Below, in pieces: positions 46,711 to 58,811 of a DNA stretch of 64,000 nucleotides (the stretch's first letter is position 1; every line of letters begins with the position of its first letter). The notes under the pieces are model-generated. The model had not been told where the DNA came from and made no database searches. It saw only the letters and a program-made list of their open reading frames with translations. Origin of the DNA: Schizosaccharomyces osmophilus (taxonomy: Eukaryota); contig NC_079238.1 in assembly GCF_027921745.1 (NCBI RefSeq), forward strand, positions 4,588,001 to 4,652,000. The letters are read 5' to 3'. The translations under genes and the position numbers were made by a program.

Positions 46711-48924
46711 CTACTGACCCTTTGCCGTCATAGTGGGTTGCTGAGATAAACAATATTTCTTGTATTGTGCAATGGTGCCATCAAATTTAGAAACCACATG
46801 ATTGTCACATTGCCAAATGCTCTTGCAAGTCTTATCCAAGAAATCAACATCGTGAGAGACAAGAATTACACCACCTTGGAACTGTTCAACAGCCCTTATT
46901 AATGCATCCATTGATTCCATATCCAAATGGTTAGTAGGCTCATCAAGAATTAAGATATGAGGATTTTGAAGACCCAAACAAGCGAAAGCAACACGAGATT
47001 TTTGACCACCAGAAAGAGTAACCATTTTACGCAATGCCAAAGGTCCAGTAACACCGAAAGCACCCAAATGACGACGGTATTCTTCTTCTCCTTTTCCTGG
47101 GTAGTGCTTTGCTAAGAAACTTAAGGCATTCAAATTTAGCTCCAAGGTATCAACATGATGTTGGGCAAAGTAAGCAACTCGAAGGCGAGAATTACGGTTG
47201 ACAAGACCAGATGTAGGTTGTATTTCTTCAATGAGTAACTTTAACACAGTGGATTTACCCGAACCGTTAGGTCCTACAATACCAATTCTAGAATCCATCT
47301 GTACGTCAATGTCAACATTCCTAAGCACAGGTCGGCCCGGTACATATTCAAAGAATACATCTGACATTTGTAAAATAGGAGGTGTAATTTTTTCGACAAG
47401 AGGAAATTCAAATACAACATCAGCTTCAGTCTGAGGTTTTTCAATCACAGGAAGCTTTTCAAGCTTTTTAATACGACTCTGGGCTTCCGAAGACTTGGCA
47501 GCATTGTAACGGAACTTATCAATGAAGGCTTGCAAGTGCTTACGGTATTCCATTTGTTTTTCATACTCACGCATTAGGTTCTTAGAACGTTCTTCACTAG
47601 TAGCATAGAATTGGCTAAAGTTACCCCTGTAATAGTCTAAGCGCTCTGAATGTTGATGGATAATATCAGTAGCAACTTCGTTCAAGAATGAACGATCGTG
47701 AGAAACGACAAGTACAATATTCTTGTAGCTTTGGAGATACTCGGACAAAAAGGCAATCGAAGGAACGTCAAGCATGTTTGAAGGTTCATCCAAAAGCAAG
47801 AGATCAGGTTGGCAAAACAAAGCACGAGCAAGTGATAAACGCATACGCCAACCACCGGAAAATGTTTTTGTGGCATAGGCTTGCATTTCGGTTGTGAAAC
47901 CAAGACCAGCCAAGATAGTAGCAGCGCGGGCTTCTGCACCATCAGCATCCATTTCTGCCAATTTATTTTGAATATCCATCAAATGAATATCTAAATCATC
48001 CCGTTCCCGTTCCAAGCGACGAGGAATGGCTTGATCAGCCTCTTGATCTTTTCCTAATTCTTCTAATTCACGTTCAATGACCGATAATCTTCCAGTAATG
48101 CCTTCGTGATCCTTCAATAGGTATTTTCTCCAAACATCAGCGTCTAGAACAGACTGTAAAGCCGAAGTATCGTCACCAGTCATTTCTTGTTCGACGTGAA
48201 GAATTGTAATGTGAGTGGGAATGGCAACCTCACGACGAGAAAGAGCACGTAGTAAGGTGGATTTACCAATACCGTTACGACCAGTTAGACCGTAACGTCT
48301 TCCTTGAGCTAAGGTCAGCGAGGCACCAGTCAAGATACGCAAACCAGCAAAAGCGAGATCAATGCCATCAACTTTAATGTCCCTAGTCTTTCCTTGGCTA
48401 GATGACGACATGTCAAGAGGATTGACCGCCATGTAAAACTCTTCGTAAGATTTTTGTTCGGGTTGAATTAATCTGGAGGATTCATATTCAGCCTTAATAC
48501 TACGCTTTTCCCATTTAGCACGAATCTTTCTTTCAGCCTTTTCTAATTTTCTTCTATCAACACGAGACTCTACCTTGCGTCCCTTAACCGAATCTAAGTC
48601 AACCTTTTCACCAACTAAACCCATCGTGGACGAAATTTCCGATTGATGATCCATACGGATTGTCTCTTTCAAACGAACCAATTTGTTCGATTGCAACTTA
48701 TCAAGGTGTTGCTCACGCTCTTCAAATCGCTTCAAAAGCTCGCTTTGAATAGCTTGAACAGCATCTTGCTTCGCACCGGCGTTAAGCAACAAATCGTGAA
48801 TCAAAGTAATTACGCGCTCAGAGACTTCATCTACATCTTTCAATGCATCATTTGCATATCCAGAACAATAATTTAAAACATGAGAATCAATACCGGAACA
48901 GCTTTTCTGAATAACTTGTTCCAT
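46711..48924 (-). CDS. gcn20: ABC-F ATPase Gcn20 (ABCF3)
   Basis: Two ABC cassettes (GRNGIGKST, FSGGWRMR, LLLLDEP; GPNGSGKST, LSGGQKSR), no TM domains. Confidence 0.93.
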   Translation of the reverse strand: MEQVIQKSCSGIDSHVLNYCSGYANDALKDVDEVSERVITLIHDLLLNAGAKQDAVQAIQSELLKRFEEREQHLDKLQSNKLVRLKETIRMDHQSEISSTMGLVGEKVDLDSVKGRKVESRVDRRKLEKAERKIRAKWEKRSIKAEYESSRLIQPEQKSYEEFYMAVNPLDMSSSSQGKTRDIKVDGIDLAFAGLRILTGASLTLAQGRRYGLTGRNGIGKSTLLRALSRREVAIPTHITILHVEQEMTGDDTSALQSVLDADVWRKYLLKDHEGITGRLSVIERELEELGKDQEADQAIPRRLERERDDLDIHLMDIQNKLAEMDADGAEARAATILAGLGFTTEMQAYATKTFSGGWRMRLSLARALFCQPDLLLLDEPSNMLDVPSIAFLSEYLQSYKNIVLVVSHDRSFLNEVATDIIHQHSERLDYYRGNFSQFYATSEERSKNLMREYEKQMEYRKHLQAFIDKFRYNAAKSSEAQSRIKKLEKLPVIEKPQTEADVVFEFPLVEKITPPILQMSDVFFEYVPGRPVLRNVDIDVQMDSRIGIVGPNGSGKSTVLKLLIEEIQPTSGLVNRNSRLRVAYFAQHHVDTLELNLNALSFLAKHYPGKGEEEYRRHLGAFGVTGPLALRKMVTLSGGQKSRVAFACLGLQNPHILILDEPTNHLDMESMDALIRAVEQFQGGVILVSHDVDFLDKTCKSIWQCDNHVVSKFDGTIAQYKKYCLSQQPTMTAKGQ

Positions 48925-49546
48925 TATGATATTGGTTGTAGTGAAGTTCCACCACCGAGTGTACGAGTGGAAAGTTGACTGTTTGTAGAGTGTACTACTG
49001 AAAAGGTTTTTTTTTCGGAAGATACTGGTCTATCTTTTATGAATTATGAGTAACTTTACGGAAAGAAAAACAAAAATTTCTACTCAAGGTAAAGGTCATA
49101 CTTGGATTTGCCTCACCTTCTTTATTTACCAATACTGTTGTGATATTATCGTTAAAAGTTGTATTTGAGAAAGTTAAGTTCTAGCAGATTCTTTGAAGAG
49201 ATTTTGAGCTGGGTGAAACGAAACTGAATTGACCTGTCTTCGTTTTCATACGATCACAGACATCGTACAAACGTCGATGGTTTCAAGCATGGTAAACAAA
49301 GCGGGTACAGAAACAGTATCATTTATGTTTGCTAGATAAAAATCCGCCAATTCTGGAAATCGACATCACAGGAACTTCTCAAAATTCAACAAAACCTGAA
49401 TTAAAGTTGGATGAGAAGGGAAAAGATATATAGTCGCAAAGAAGTCAAGAGAAGGATTAGGCTTCTGACTTTGTAGGATAAAGTATCAATTATCGCCTTG
49501 AAAAAGAAGAAAATTGCATCAAAAAGGTCAAAGCAAATCAAGCATC

Positions 49547-50083
49547 TTAATGCTCGGCGGCGGGAGCTACTTCATCCTTTGTATACTGTCAAACAATTAG
49601 CCTCTAATTAAAAAACTGAAGTACGAAGCCATACCATTTCCATAAAGTCCATGCTTTCACCTTCCTGGGATGACTTGGCAGCGATGGTTTCACCCTCGTA
49701 CTTGTAGGAATCCAAAGCAGAGGAAACGTCGAGATCATAATTGGGAGCAGTAGGAGCAGCAGGTAAGACCCATTCCTTAGCTTCAACAGCAGCAGCAGGA
49801 GGTGTAGCTTTGGGTTTGTAAGATTCTGTGAAAACACATTACAGTTAATAAAAACGAGGTCATAAGAAAAATCAACAAGTCTTACTCAAAGCAGAAATGT
49901 AAAGATTTTGAAGAGAATCTGTTCCAACAGCGTGTTAGACATATAAAAGGTATCCGAAACAATGCTTCTTACCCGTAGCGCGAGGAGCGGTCGTAGCGTA
50001 ACCACGAGAAAAACATTTCTTTTTTTATTAATAAATTGCACTAAATAGAATTTTAAACTTACAAGAACCGTGCTCATAGTCAT
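49547..50083 (-). CDS. atp14: Mitochondrial ATP synthase subunit h; introns 50019-50062, 49919-49972, 49826-49885, 49586-49634
   Basis: Spliced product MTMSTVL/KCFSRGYATTAPRAT/DSLQNLYISAL/KSYKPK...KEWVLPAAPTAP...YKYEGE; biased codons. Confidence 0.85.
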
Positions 50084-50750
50084 TTTCGAAAGATGTTGTA
50101 GTTGGTAGGTTTCACTATCATGTACTACAGTTTAGCTGCCAAGGAAAGGCACTAGGAGGAAGAGTAGAAAATCAACACACGGATTTTGGACCATAATCAG
50201 CATAAAAGTAATAATTTCTTTATTTTTTTGAAATGTTTACATCTTAAGATTCTCTATAAGTTTCTTTAGACAATTTCGAAGAACATATATACAGTAAGGA
50301 TCGGAAACTATTGTTCCTTATAAATTTCAAAGCTATAAATTAATAAGTAAAATCATTTCTTTCATTAATAATCAATAACGGAGACAGGTAATTCATAAGC
50401 AAAATCAATAACGATATATTCACAACTCTAATTTATACAACAGAAAAGAACGATTGCTGTTTTTAACAAAAGTATTCCGCGAACGCTAAAGTGAAGTTTT
50501 TTTATACCCTTCTTTTTGGAATTTGACTTGAGCGGTTCTTATTCTTTTCTTTTTTATTTTTTTTTTTTTGGGGGGGGTCCAAACTACAAACCATTTTCAG
50601 GTTCGACTGTGTATTTACCTGAGCTTTTAAATGTCAGTTAAAAAAGCCATTTGTTCGTTCGTAAAACATGAACCATACCGGTACCGCGATATGTGTCCAT
50701 CTCAAAAACACCGACAAGTCTTTTGGTTCTTTTATTCATAAAGGCTGCTT

Positions 50751-51632
50751 CTATTGAAAGAAAGAGACATCACGCAATGCCTCGAAAAGAGTAAAATTGC
50801 AAGAATTGATTAAAGCGCTTCGCATAAGCGAAATACCGATTCCGCGATATATAGAAAACGAGAGCCAAGGAATAGAAGAGAGAGGCGTTTTCACGGAAAG
50901 AAGTGTATTCTTCTGTACAATAGATTTAGCAGTGTCAATGGGAAAAACCAAAACCCAAGATAAAGCACCACAAAAAGCGCCCGAAAAAGCATATGCAAAA
51001 CTAGGAGTAATGTGATTTGAAATCAAAAACCCTTTAAAGGTCTCATAAATAGTGAAGTAGCAAGCAGAACCAAATGCATCCCGTGCCAAATGATACCGAT
51101 AACCGTTCCATAAAGAGAAAAATCCGTACCGGCGTACAATATCACTAGCACTTCGGAATGAAGAGAGCGGCCTCTGTGAAGGTTTATACGGTTTATTTAT
51201 ATTTTTCTGTACATCTTGTTTCCGTAAAAGAGCATGTATTTGGGAATATAGCTTGGAATATTCAAAGGGGCATGCAAACATTGAAATTAAAGATCCCGTA
51301 CCCAAACCGGACAAAAAGTAACGCACAGACGGCGTTGTATTTTCGAGCGAATGCTTAAATGAGTCATATAAAGTAAATGAAATTGAACGCGACATTGTTG
51401 CTGAAATTAGAGGAAGTGTAAACCCTCTATACAGGCCACGCCAACCTTCATGTTGAATAGCATTCTGAAAACAAGATCGTATTGTAGGAAAGTGGTATGT
51501 CTGTTGGCGAACTTTTATAGAGTCTAACGGGAATCCGACAATATTGCTTACTGCAGACGAAAATACAGCCGCAGAAAACGTATTTCTTGGAGAATGAACT
51601 TGTATGGAGGAATTATCTTCCATAGATTTCAT
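50751..51632 (-). CDS. Mitochondrial carrier (SLC25), substrate uncertain (start ATG 51632 or 51623)
   Basis: Carrier signatures PLDSIKVR, PFEYSKL, PIDTAKS. Confidence 0.85.
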   Translation of the reverse strand: MKSMEDNSSIQVHSPRNTFSAAVFSSAVSNIVGFPLDSIKVRQQTYHFPTIRSCFQNAIQHEGWRGLYRGFTLPLISATMSRSISFTLYDSFKHSLENTTPSVRYFLSGLGTGSLISMFACPFEYSKLYSQIHALLRKQDVQKNINKPYKPSQRPLSSFRSASDIVRRYGFFSLWNGYRYHLARDAFGSACYFTIYETFKGFLISNHITPSFAYAFSGAFCGALSWVLVFPIDTAKSIVQKNTLLSVKTPLSSIPWLSFSIYRGIGISLMRSALINSCNFTLFEALRDVSFFQ

Positions 51633-52165
51633 TCCTTTATATACTTTCCAATTCGTTGTTGAATAATAACACACTTAAAAAAGTTTAGCAAGGGAAACTC
51701 GCAAAACTGCTAAACCGCTGCAACGGTGCTGAAAAATCAACTCTTGACGGTTCTTCTATCTCAATGCAACAGTTTGCTGTCACTAATGATTTTGTATCTT
51801 TTTTGTTTGCCTAGTTAGTCAAATTTCTTGAAGTACCCAAAAATCAAATCAAACTTGAACCACGGGACAAAAGTGAATGAAACGGATCAAATCACACTGT
51901 TTCTACAGAAAAGAGAGAAAGTATTGCAAGCCGACTTTTTTTTACCAAAATGTTGAAGTTCTCAATCCATACAGATATTTTCTACTCAGTTTTCGATTAT
52001 CATCAATTGGATCATAGTTCCATAAATACAGCAATTCCACAAAAAAAGGTTCCTCAACAATGGCCGTAATAAAACTAGTTTCTCTACCTCAAGCTTCGCT
52101 TCCTGTTGCGAAATTTTGGTAAAGCTTAGCTTTGATACCTCTGATGTTACCCAAGGAAGAAATCA

Positions 52166-52215
52166 ACCCTACCCTACCTCCGCAGTTGAAACAAGAAAAA
52201 GCCGTCACTGTCACG
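52166..52215 (+). promoter_or_regulatory. Homol E box ACCCTACCCT (52166-52175) with degenerate Homol D-like GTCAC repeats upstream of rps9
   Basis: Exact Homol E consensus about 95 nt upstream of the ATG. Confidence 0.7.
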
Positions 52216-52267
52216 GGCCTAAACAGAAACTCAGAAAATCGCCTCTGCGCAAATCACCAAACCAAGT

Positions 52268-52849
52268 ATGCCTTCTGCTCCTCGTAAGCAATCCAAGACC
52301 TACAAGGTTCCTAGCCGTCCCTTCGAGTCAGCTCGTCTTGACGCTGAACTCAAGCTTGCTGGTGAATATGGTTTGAGAAACAAGCACGAAATCTGGCGTG
52401 TTGCCCTTACCCTCTCTAAGATCCGTCGTGCTGCTCGTGAGCTTTTGACTCTTGACGAGAAGGACCCTAAGCGTCTCTTTGAAGGTAACGCCATTATTCG
52501 TCGTCTTGTTCGTTTGGGTATCTTGGACGAGACCCGTATGAAGCTTGATTATGTCTTGGCTCTTCGTATTGAAGACTTTTTGGAGCGTCGTTTGCAAACC
52601 CAAGTTTTCAAGCTTGGTTTGGCTAAGTCTATCCACCACGCTCGTGTCTTGATCTACCAACGTCACATCCGTGTGGGTAAGCAAATTGTCAATGTCCCCT
52701 CTTTCGTTGTCCGTTTGGACTCTCAAAAGCACATTGACTTTGCCCTTACTTCTCCTTACGGTGGTGGCCGTCCTGGTCGCTGCAAGAGAAAGCACCTTCG
52801 TGCTCAACAAGAAGGTGGTGAAGGCGCTGAAGAAGCTGAAGAAGAGTAA
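52268..52849 (+). CDS. rps902: 40S ribosomal protein S9/uS4
   Basis: [41 protein letters not shown]; paralogue number inferred from synteny. Confidence 0.95.
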   Translation: MPSAPRKQSKTYKVPSRPFESARLDAELKLAGEYGLRNKHEIWRVALTLSKIRRAARELLTLDEKDPKRLFEGNAIIRRLVRLGILDETRMKLDYVLALRIEDFLERRLQTQVFKLGLAKSIHHARVLIYQRHIRVGKQIVNVPSFVVRLDSQKHIDFALTSPYGGGRPGRCKRKHLRAQQEGGEGAEEAEEE

Positions 52850-53193
52850 ACACCACAAGAAATAAAATGATCAAGTGAACTAATATAGGCAACAAGCTGA
52901 TTTTTTGCGTGTGTAGTTTTGTTTAGTAGCAGTAAGAGTAAATATTATTATGTTTAAAAGTGCCGGCTTCGTAAGTCATTGTACATTAACACAATGTTAA
53001 ATCGGGGTTGTCATGTCGCATTATCTGAATCCTGTCGCCTTAGGCTCATTAAGTTCATATCAACTAAATGTTCATTGGCTATGTCCGCTGTCACCATTTT
53101 CAGCTCTGAATAGTCTCTAATTCTAGTTAATTATAAAACATGCTTATTTATTAGTACAAATGTATTTAATGCATTATCCCAGTTTCCATGAAG

Positions 53194-54389
53194 CTATTTG
53201 CTTTCCATCGAGCTTGATAGATTGTGTTTCCAATTATAGAGAATGTCTTTGCACTGTCCTCGAATAGAGTATAGTTCATCCTTAGGTAAATTATCGAGTA
53301 ATGCTATACGTTTCAAGACTTTGGCTATTTTCGTCGTAGTGATCATTTCGTAGTTTAGATATGGAAAACCCTCAACCTCCTCTAAGTATTCTTTCGCGCG
53401 GTACAATTCTTCTTCTCCAAAGTTAATATTTGATGAGAGGAAGAGTTTTTGCAATTTAAACCGAAAGTAAAGTAGGCGCTGAACTAATGTTTTCATTTCG
53501 CTAGTCGCAGAATTCGAAGGCGACAATAGCCTCCTGTCTTTGAGATCCGAACTAGAAAGATTATTTTTGTAGTCTGTCTTTTTAACATTTCTATTCAGTT
53601 TCGAATCCGCAGAGTCAAAATTGGAAGTTGATAAATTTCCATACATTTCTGATATTGAAGAGATTGACGACATTGTACTTAATAGACTGGAAGAATCCGT
53701 ACTGTTTTCCGTAGGAGAACCCTCAAAGCTTTTCCTTTTACGTTTATCTAATACATAGGTATCACTTGCTAAGTAGTCATTTTCGTTTTGTTCTTCCTCT
53801 TCAGTGGAATCCTCACCTTCAATGTCAGGTGGCTCGCGCGCTGCTTCATAAGCCTCTCTTAATATTTTTGATTTTCTTTTTATGGAATTTAAAAAATTAC
53901 TGATATCCTCGTTTGCTAAAGGCTTTAAACCAGTTTGTTTTACCCAAGAGCTGATTTCGTTAGCAAAGGTCGTGCTCTTATATACAAGCCAAAGGTCCTA
54001 AATATACTTACAAGTCTAAATTTGGAAAAAACTGGACCTTATAGAAATGCTCTGGAGATTTTTCAATGGTTATACCGTCCCGATTCATGAGCTTATAACG
54101 AACGATTTGGGCAGGCCACCTCCACACAGAAAGTTAATTTTTAACTGTTGTAGCTGAAGTTAACATACCATGGATATCCAGATACTTTTGCCAATACCCT
54201 GTCTCCTCTATGATATGGCTTAACACCACCCTCAGCGTCTTCCTTCACTGAGGATCTTGTCAAAGTAGTTGATGTACTTTTAGTGCCACCCTTCTGTAGT
54301 GTGTATGCTTTTGCTTCTGACTTCACGTTTTTTTCCACCTGTGATATAGACTGTTTGCTATTCATGGCCGCATTATTCCCATTACCCAT
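53194..54389 (-). CDS. pdp1: PWWP-domain protein (Pdp1-like); introns 54120-54168, 53951-54011
   Basis: GDRVLAKVSGYPW/WPA...YKVQFFPNLDF/SWV PWWP domain; C-terminal LLYFRFKLQK...TKIAKVLKRI. Confidence 0.75.
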
Positions 54390-54664
54390 AATTTCAAACA
54401 AAATTTAAATAAAATAAACCAAAAAGACCTTTATAAATCATATGAAAGACATATAATCTGTATATTGACTATAAGAATTATGAGTTTGTGTTGTAGTCAC
54501 CAGGGTATTAATTTATTCAAAGTTAAACCACGCTAAATATCATCTATAATGAAATGAGCATATTCTTATTTATAGTATACATAATACATTTTAGCTAGTC
54601 GGGTGGTTCCTTTTAAACCAATTTACAGGTATCTAAAAACTTGAAAGCTTTCATGATATTTGCT

Positions 54665-57600
54665 TCACATTTTGTTTATTCTAGAATTGTAAGTGGATGC
54701 AAGTAGGGGTAGTTTTAAATAGCTTTTTGAGAGATCAATTTGTAATCGCAGCTCCTCGCAGTCGGCCATTAATTTCGTGTATAGTATTGATGACTTCAAA
54801 TTTGGTCTTATAGCAACCAAAAAACCATGCAATAAAGCCCTAAAATGTCAATAAGCATTCACTTTTACAACTCACCATTTCACTTCTTTTAACAAAAAAG
54901 GACGTTTCTTAATGGGACGCGTTAATGAACAGACTCTTCTGAATAACTTTCTAATCATCATCTTCAGCATTCCTAAATGCGATTAGTATATGATAACCGC
55001 GGGACATTGCACATACGAGTAAGAAGCAATGGTTGAAAAATAAAGACAGAAACTACGCGCTTCAAATAGACTTGCAGTCTCAAGGAAAGTCCATAAGCTA
55101 AATTATAGATATTAGAAAAAATGACAAAACAAGAATTATGTTGACTGTCGACAAAAGCGCTTGGGAATGAGGCAAATGCAGTTCTAGAAATTAGTTAAAG
55201 ATCATTCAGTAATTTCAATTTACCTTAGTATTTTATTAATTAATGAATTTCCTGTGCCTTTGCATAGTTCGACAGTAGACGCATCGTAAAGAGTTCGGAA
55301 ATTTGTAGAACACCAATATACCGTATGCAACGACCTTGCATGCAAGTAGAACCCGTAAAATGGGATTAAATTGCTTGCTTTAATATAAGGTTCTTTAAAT
55401 GAACTCGGAGGCTTGAAATTTATGAGTGTCTTCCCATTACTCGTGCTGAAATTATATTTAGTAAAACCTAAGCATTAGCTTTAGAAACGCGGATGGAATT
55501 ACCTTTTGAAGATAATTTCAGAAACCGATTAGCGGCTTTCTTGTGAACAGTAATAAACAAAAAATCATCAACAACACGTATAAGGATTGATCCTTTCTCT
55601 TTCGTAAATAACAAATAGTCTTCAATCAATTCTTGCATATAAAAATGACATAAATAAGAAGATATAACGGACCCCTGAGGAATTCCCTGTGTTTGACGGT
55701 AATATTTACGACCAATCTTAATGTAAGTAATATTTCAATTGCGAGTGACCGTACCTTTACAACACTTTGCTTTAAATGCTTCTCAAGGATAGAAAAAAGT
55801 TCGTCGAACGTTTTTGTCCAGTATTCGACGTTATCAACGAAAATGGTATCTTTCATTCTAGTTGCCAAGGAGGACGCTAGTCGTTCAAAGGGTTTAAGGT
55901 CAACTGAAAGGAGTTAGTCAGTTTTTAACAAAATTAACATCGTACAGTAACTATGTGCTTCGTTCACATGCTGCTTGATCAATTGACCTTGTGATTTTTG
56001 AATCATACAGTATTTACGTATGACATACTCCGGATCCTTCAAATGAAGTTTCGTTATGCGGCTCATCAAGTCTTGCTTAATATTATCGTAACAACCCTTT
56101 ATGTCAACACGAACAAAATATTTTTTCCGACTACCGTTAGAATGCTAACTTAAAGTGTTGTTTGCTTACTTATACAAACAGTGTTTTTGAAGGTCTTCCT
56201 TGTAAAAAAGAATTTTCGAAAACACATTTCTGTATGAAAATGATTCATCAGCTCTAGACTCGTAATCTGACTATAACCATTAGTATGCAACCTTCACATG
56301 ATTCTTACCATCGACAACCTAAGCACAGAAGCTAACGGCTGCAATAGCTGGTTTGTGCTAACCAAATGCCCGGGTCCGTGGTTGTCAAAAGTATTCTAAA
56401 GTTGTTAACATCAAATTATAGAAGTAGAAATCATGCGTACCTTCATTAAATGTTTACGACGCAAATTTGTAATTAATCGAAATGAATCTTTCTTTGGAAT
56501 TAACCGAATAGTTGCCGGTGGTAAGACTGAATCTTTCAATATTTCATGCTGCACCTAAGTTAATAACTATTTTTCGGGTGGATTTTATTACCGTTTCGAT
56601 AGGCATGTAGCTGCTGTCTTTTACCATTCTTAGGTAAGGGTTAGATAAAGAAGCCCACACGTCTTTCCTAAAATAACAAGTTGCATTTTTGCTTTCAACT
56701 GATTCGGTGCAGTAGAAAAACGACTGCAGTAAAGATATTACAAATGTGTTGAAAAACCAATACATAAACTCGGAAAAGATCTGCTTTCTCTTTTCAAAAT
56801 CACTAAGGCAAAGCTTTTTCGAGTCATTCTCTCCCAAACGTATCCAAGGAATGCTCCTGATCTGAAAAGTTTAGCACATTGCATAATCGTTAGCACTTAC
56901 TGGGATGTTGTGCATTATATAATGAAGCGTAATTGTTTCAAACCGCGTTAATTGTAGAAAAATAAGTAATTCTAATGTTAGTAGCGCCATTGACTATTTT
57001 GCTTACTTCGCATAACAATATTAAAAATATGTGTGGTACCCCAAACACACTTTGGAAAAACTTTAAGAATAACCGATCGCAAGAAGGCATGAACTTGGTT
57101 TACATTTAAGGAGTAAGCAAGTACTTTTGATTTTTCTGGATCCTCAAAATGTATATTCTATGTTTGTTAGTAGACAGAAGATTTCATGATGTACCCTACA
57201 GTACGCCTTGGGCAATAATGATTAAAAGTGCATAACAGTGATACCTGGTGAAGGTTTTTAGCAATGCTATGAATTAAAGGAGCGGCTTTCAATAAACGTT
57301 TTGGGATGTCAAGTTTTTTGGGCAGAACAGAAGAAGCTCTATTTTCAAAACCTTCGTCAGAAAATACGCTTGGAAGCCCAAACTGTTGAGGAAAAATCCA
57401 CTGTAGCCAATAAACCGTTGTCTTTTTAGTCAACTGACCACTATTAAAAAATCGATCTGCATGGTTAGCAATTACAAGCAATAGCCTAGCGAACCTTTTT
57501 TAAAGTGTTTGTAAAAGTATTTATAAAATAGTCGAAAACGTTTTACAGAGATTTTGTTCCAGGGATTCCCGATACGAGTTTCCTTCTGATGGCCATTTTC

Positions 57601-58409
57601 ATGCCTTAAGCTTTCAAACTTTCTTTTTTTTCCAACAAAACTGGATTTCAAGTTGAAAGAATAGATTGGAACCCCAGTTACTTGTAGATAATTATTGTTT
57701 GGCAAATATGAAAATATGCTTCCTTTGTACAATAAGTGGTACATTGCATCACATCCAATTCTAGAGGGTTAATTTTATTAAATGCAAGAAAGGCACTCAC
57801 ACTTCAAGTAAAAGCTTCCAATTCTCCGACGTCAAGGTATGTATTGAACCATTTGGAAATGTGGAGACTAAGCCCAATCTCTCACCATTTACATGAGTGG
57901 CTCGAAAGTTTTCATTATTCTATCATTTGATTAATAACTGCTCCAAGTTTGGCGCTATGGCCTTACAGTGGTTAAGCTCAATGAGAAACAGAACTGAAGC
58001 CAAGTTTATCATACCGTGGTAAACCCTTTCGTCAAAAGATTATTATTATACTTTGAATCATTTTTAAACATATGTTGTGTGACATGTAAAACCAACTAGA
58101 AATGTTAGTCAGTCCAGATAAATAGACCTCTGACAATGTGTTTACCTCTGACTGAGAATACTGAGGATTAAAACTGCCAAATTTAGGAAATGAAAAGTCA
58201 TAGAATCCGGCCCATGTGGACTGAAGAAACTCTTCAAATTCTTCAATTTCGTGTGAGGAAAGTGATGCCAAATTGTTTAGTACAGAGTTCCATGGGGAAT
58301 TCACAGTTATATATTCCACATATTGTTTCAAATTTAAGAATTGTGTATAATGCTGTTCTAGATAAACTGCAATATCGGCTTTTTTGATGGAAGAATCGTC
58401 AATTACCAT
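54665..58409 (-). CDS. trt1: Telomerase reverse transcriptase, many short introns
   Basis: T motif FFYCTES, motifs 1/2 [13 protein letters not shown], motif [16 protein letters not shown]' [20 protein letters not shown]; last exon W/ALLHGF...INKM-TGA. Not every exon boundary was mapped. Confidence 0.93.
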
Positions 58410-58811
58410 ATAATATGTAGAGTAGGGCTTTAGTAGCACCAACCATTGAGCCTATTTAAGACTTAATCATAAATACACCTGAACTGAGGTTGAGACAACT
58501 ATGGAAGTTTTAATAAAATAAATTTCTACAACTCAAAATTCATAACCAATCGAAAAGCTATTTTAAAACTCCCGTTTCATTAAAAATATAATATGTATTA
58601 TATGTACCGAAAGGAACAGGCGGAATGACTACAAAATTTTGAAAGAATGTTTAAAAGTATAGAAAAGGGGAAAAGGCGGCTGCGGGGATTGGTCATGTTA
58701 ACAAAAACATGAGAAATCGAAAGAGAAATATAGGGGAGGAACGAGTTAAAGTAAAAACCTTTCGTCGGTTACAATTCGTAAATAGTATCCACTTTAAAGG
58801 AAAAAGATAAA

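Noticed and set aside
52328..52858. 176-aa antisense ORF over rps9
   Set aside because: Same codon-bias shadow effect.
54665..58409. Reverse-transcriptase motifs as a retrotransposon
   Set aside because: T motif, many spliceosomal introns and no LTR/gag/integrase identify telomerase.
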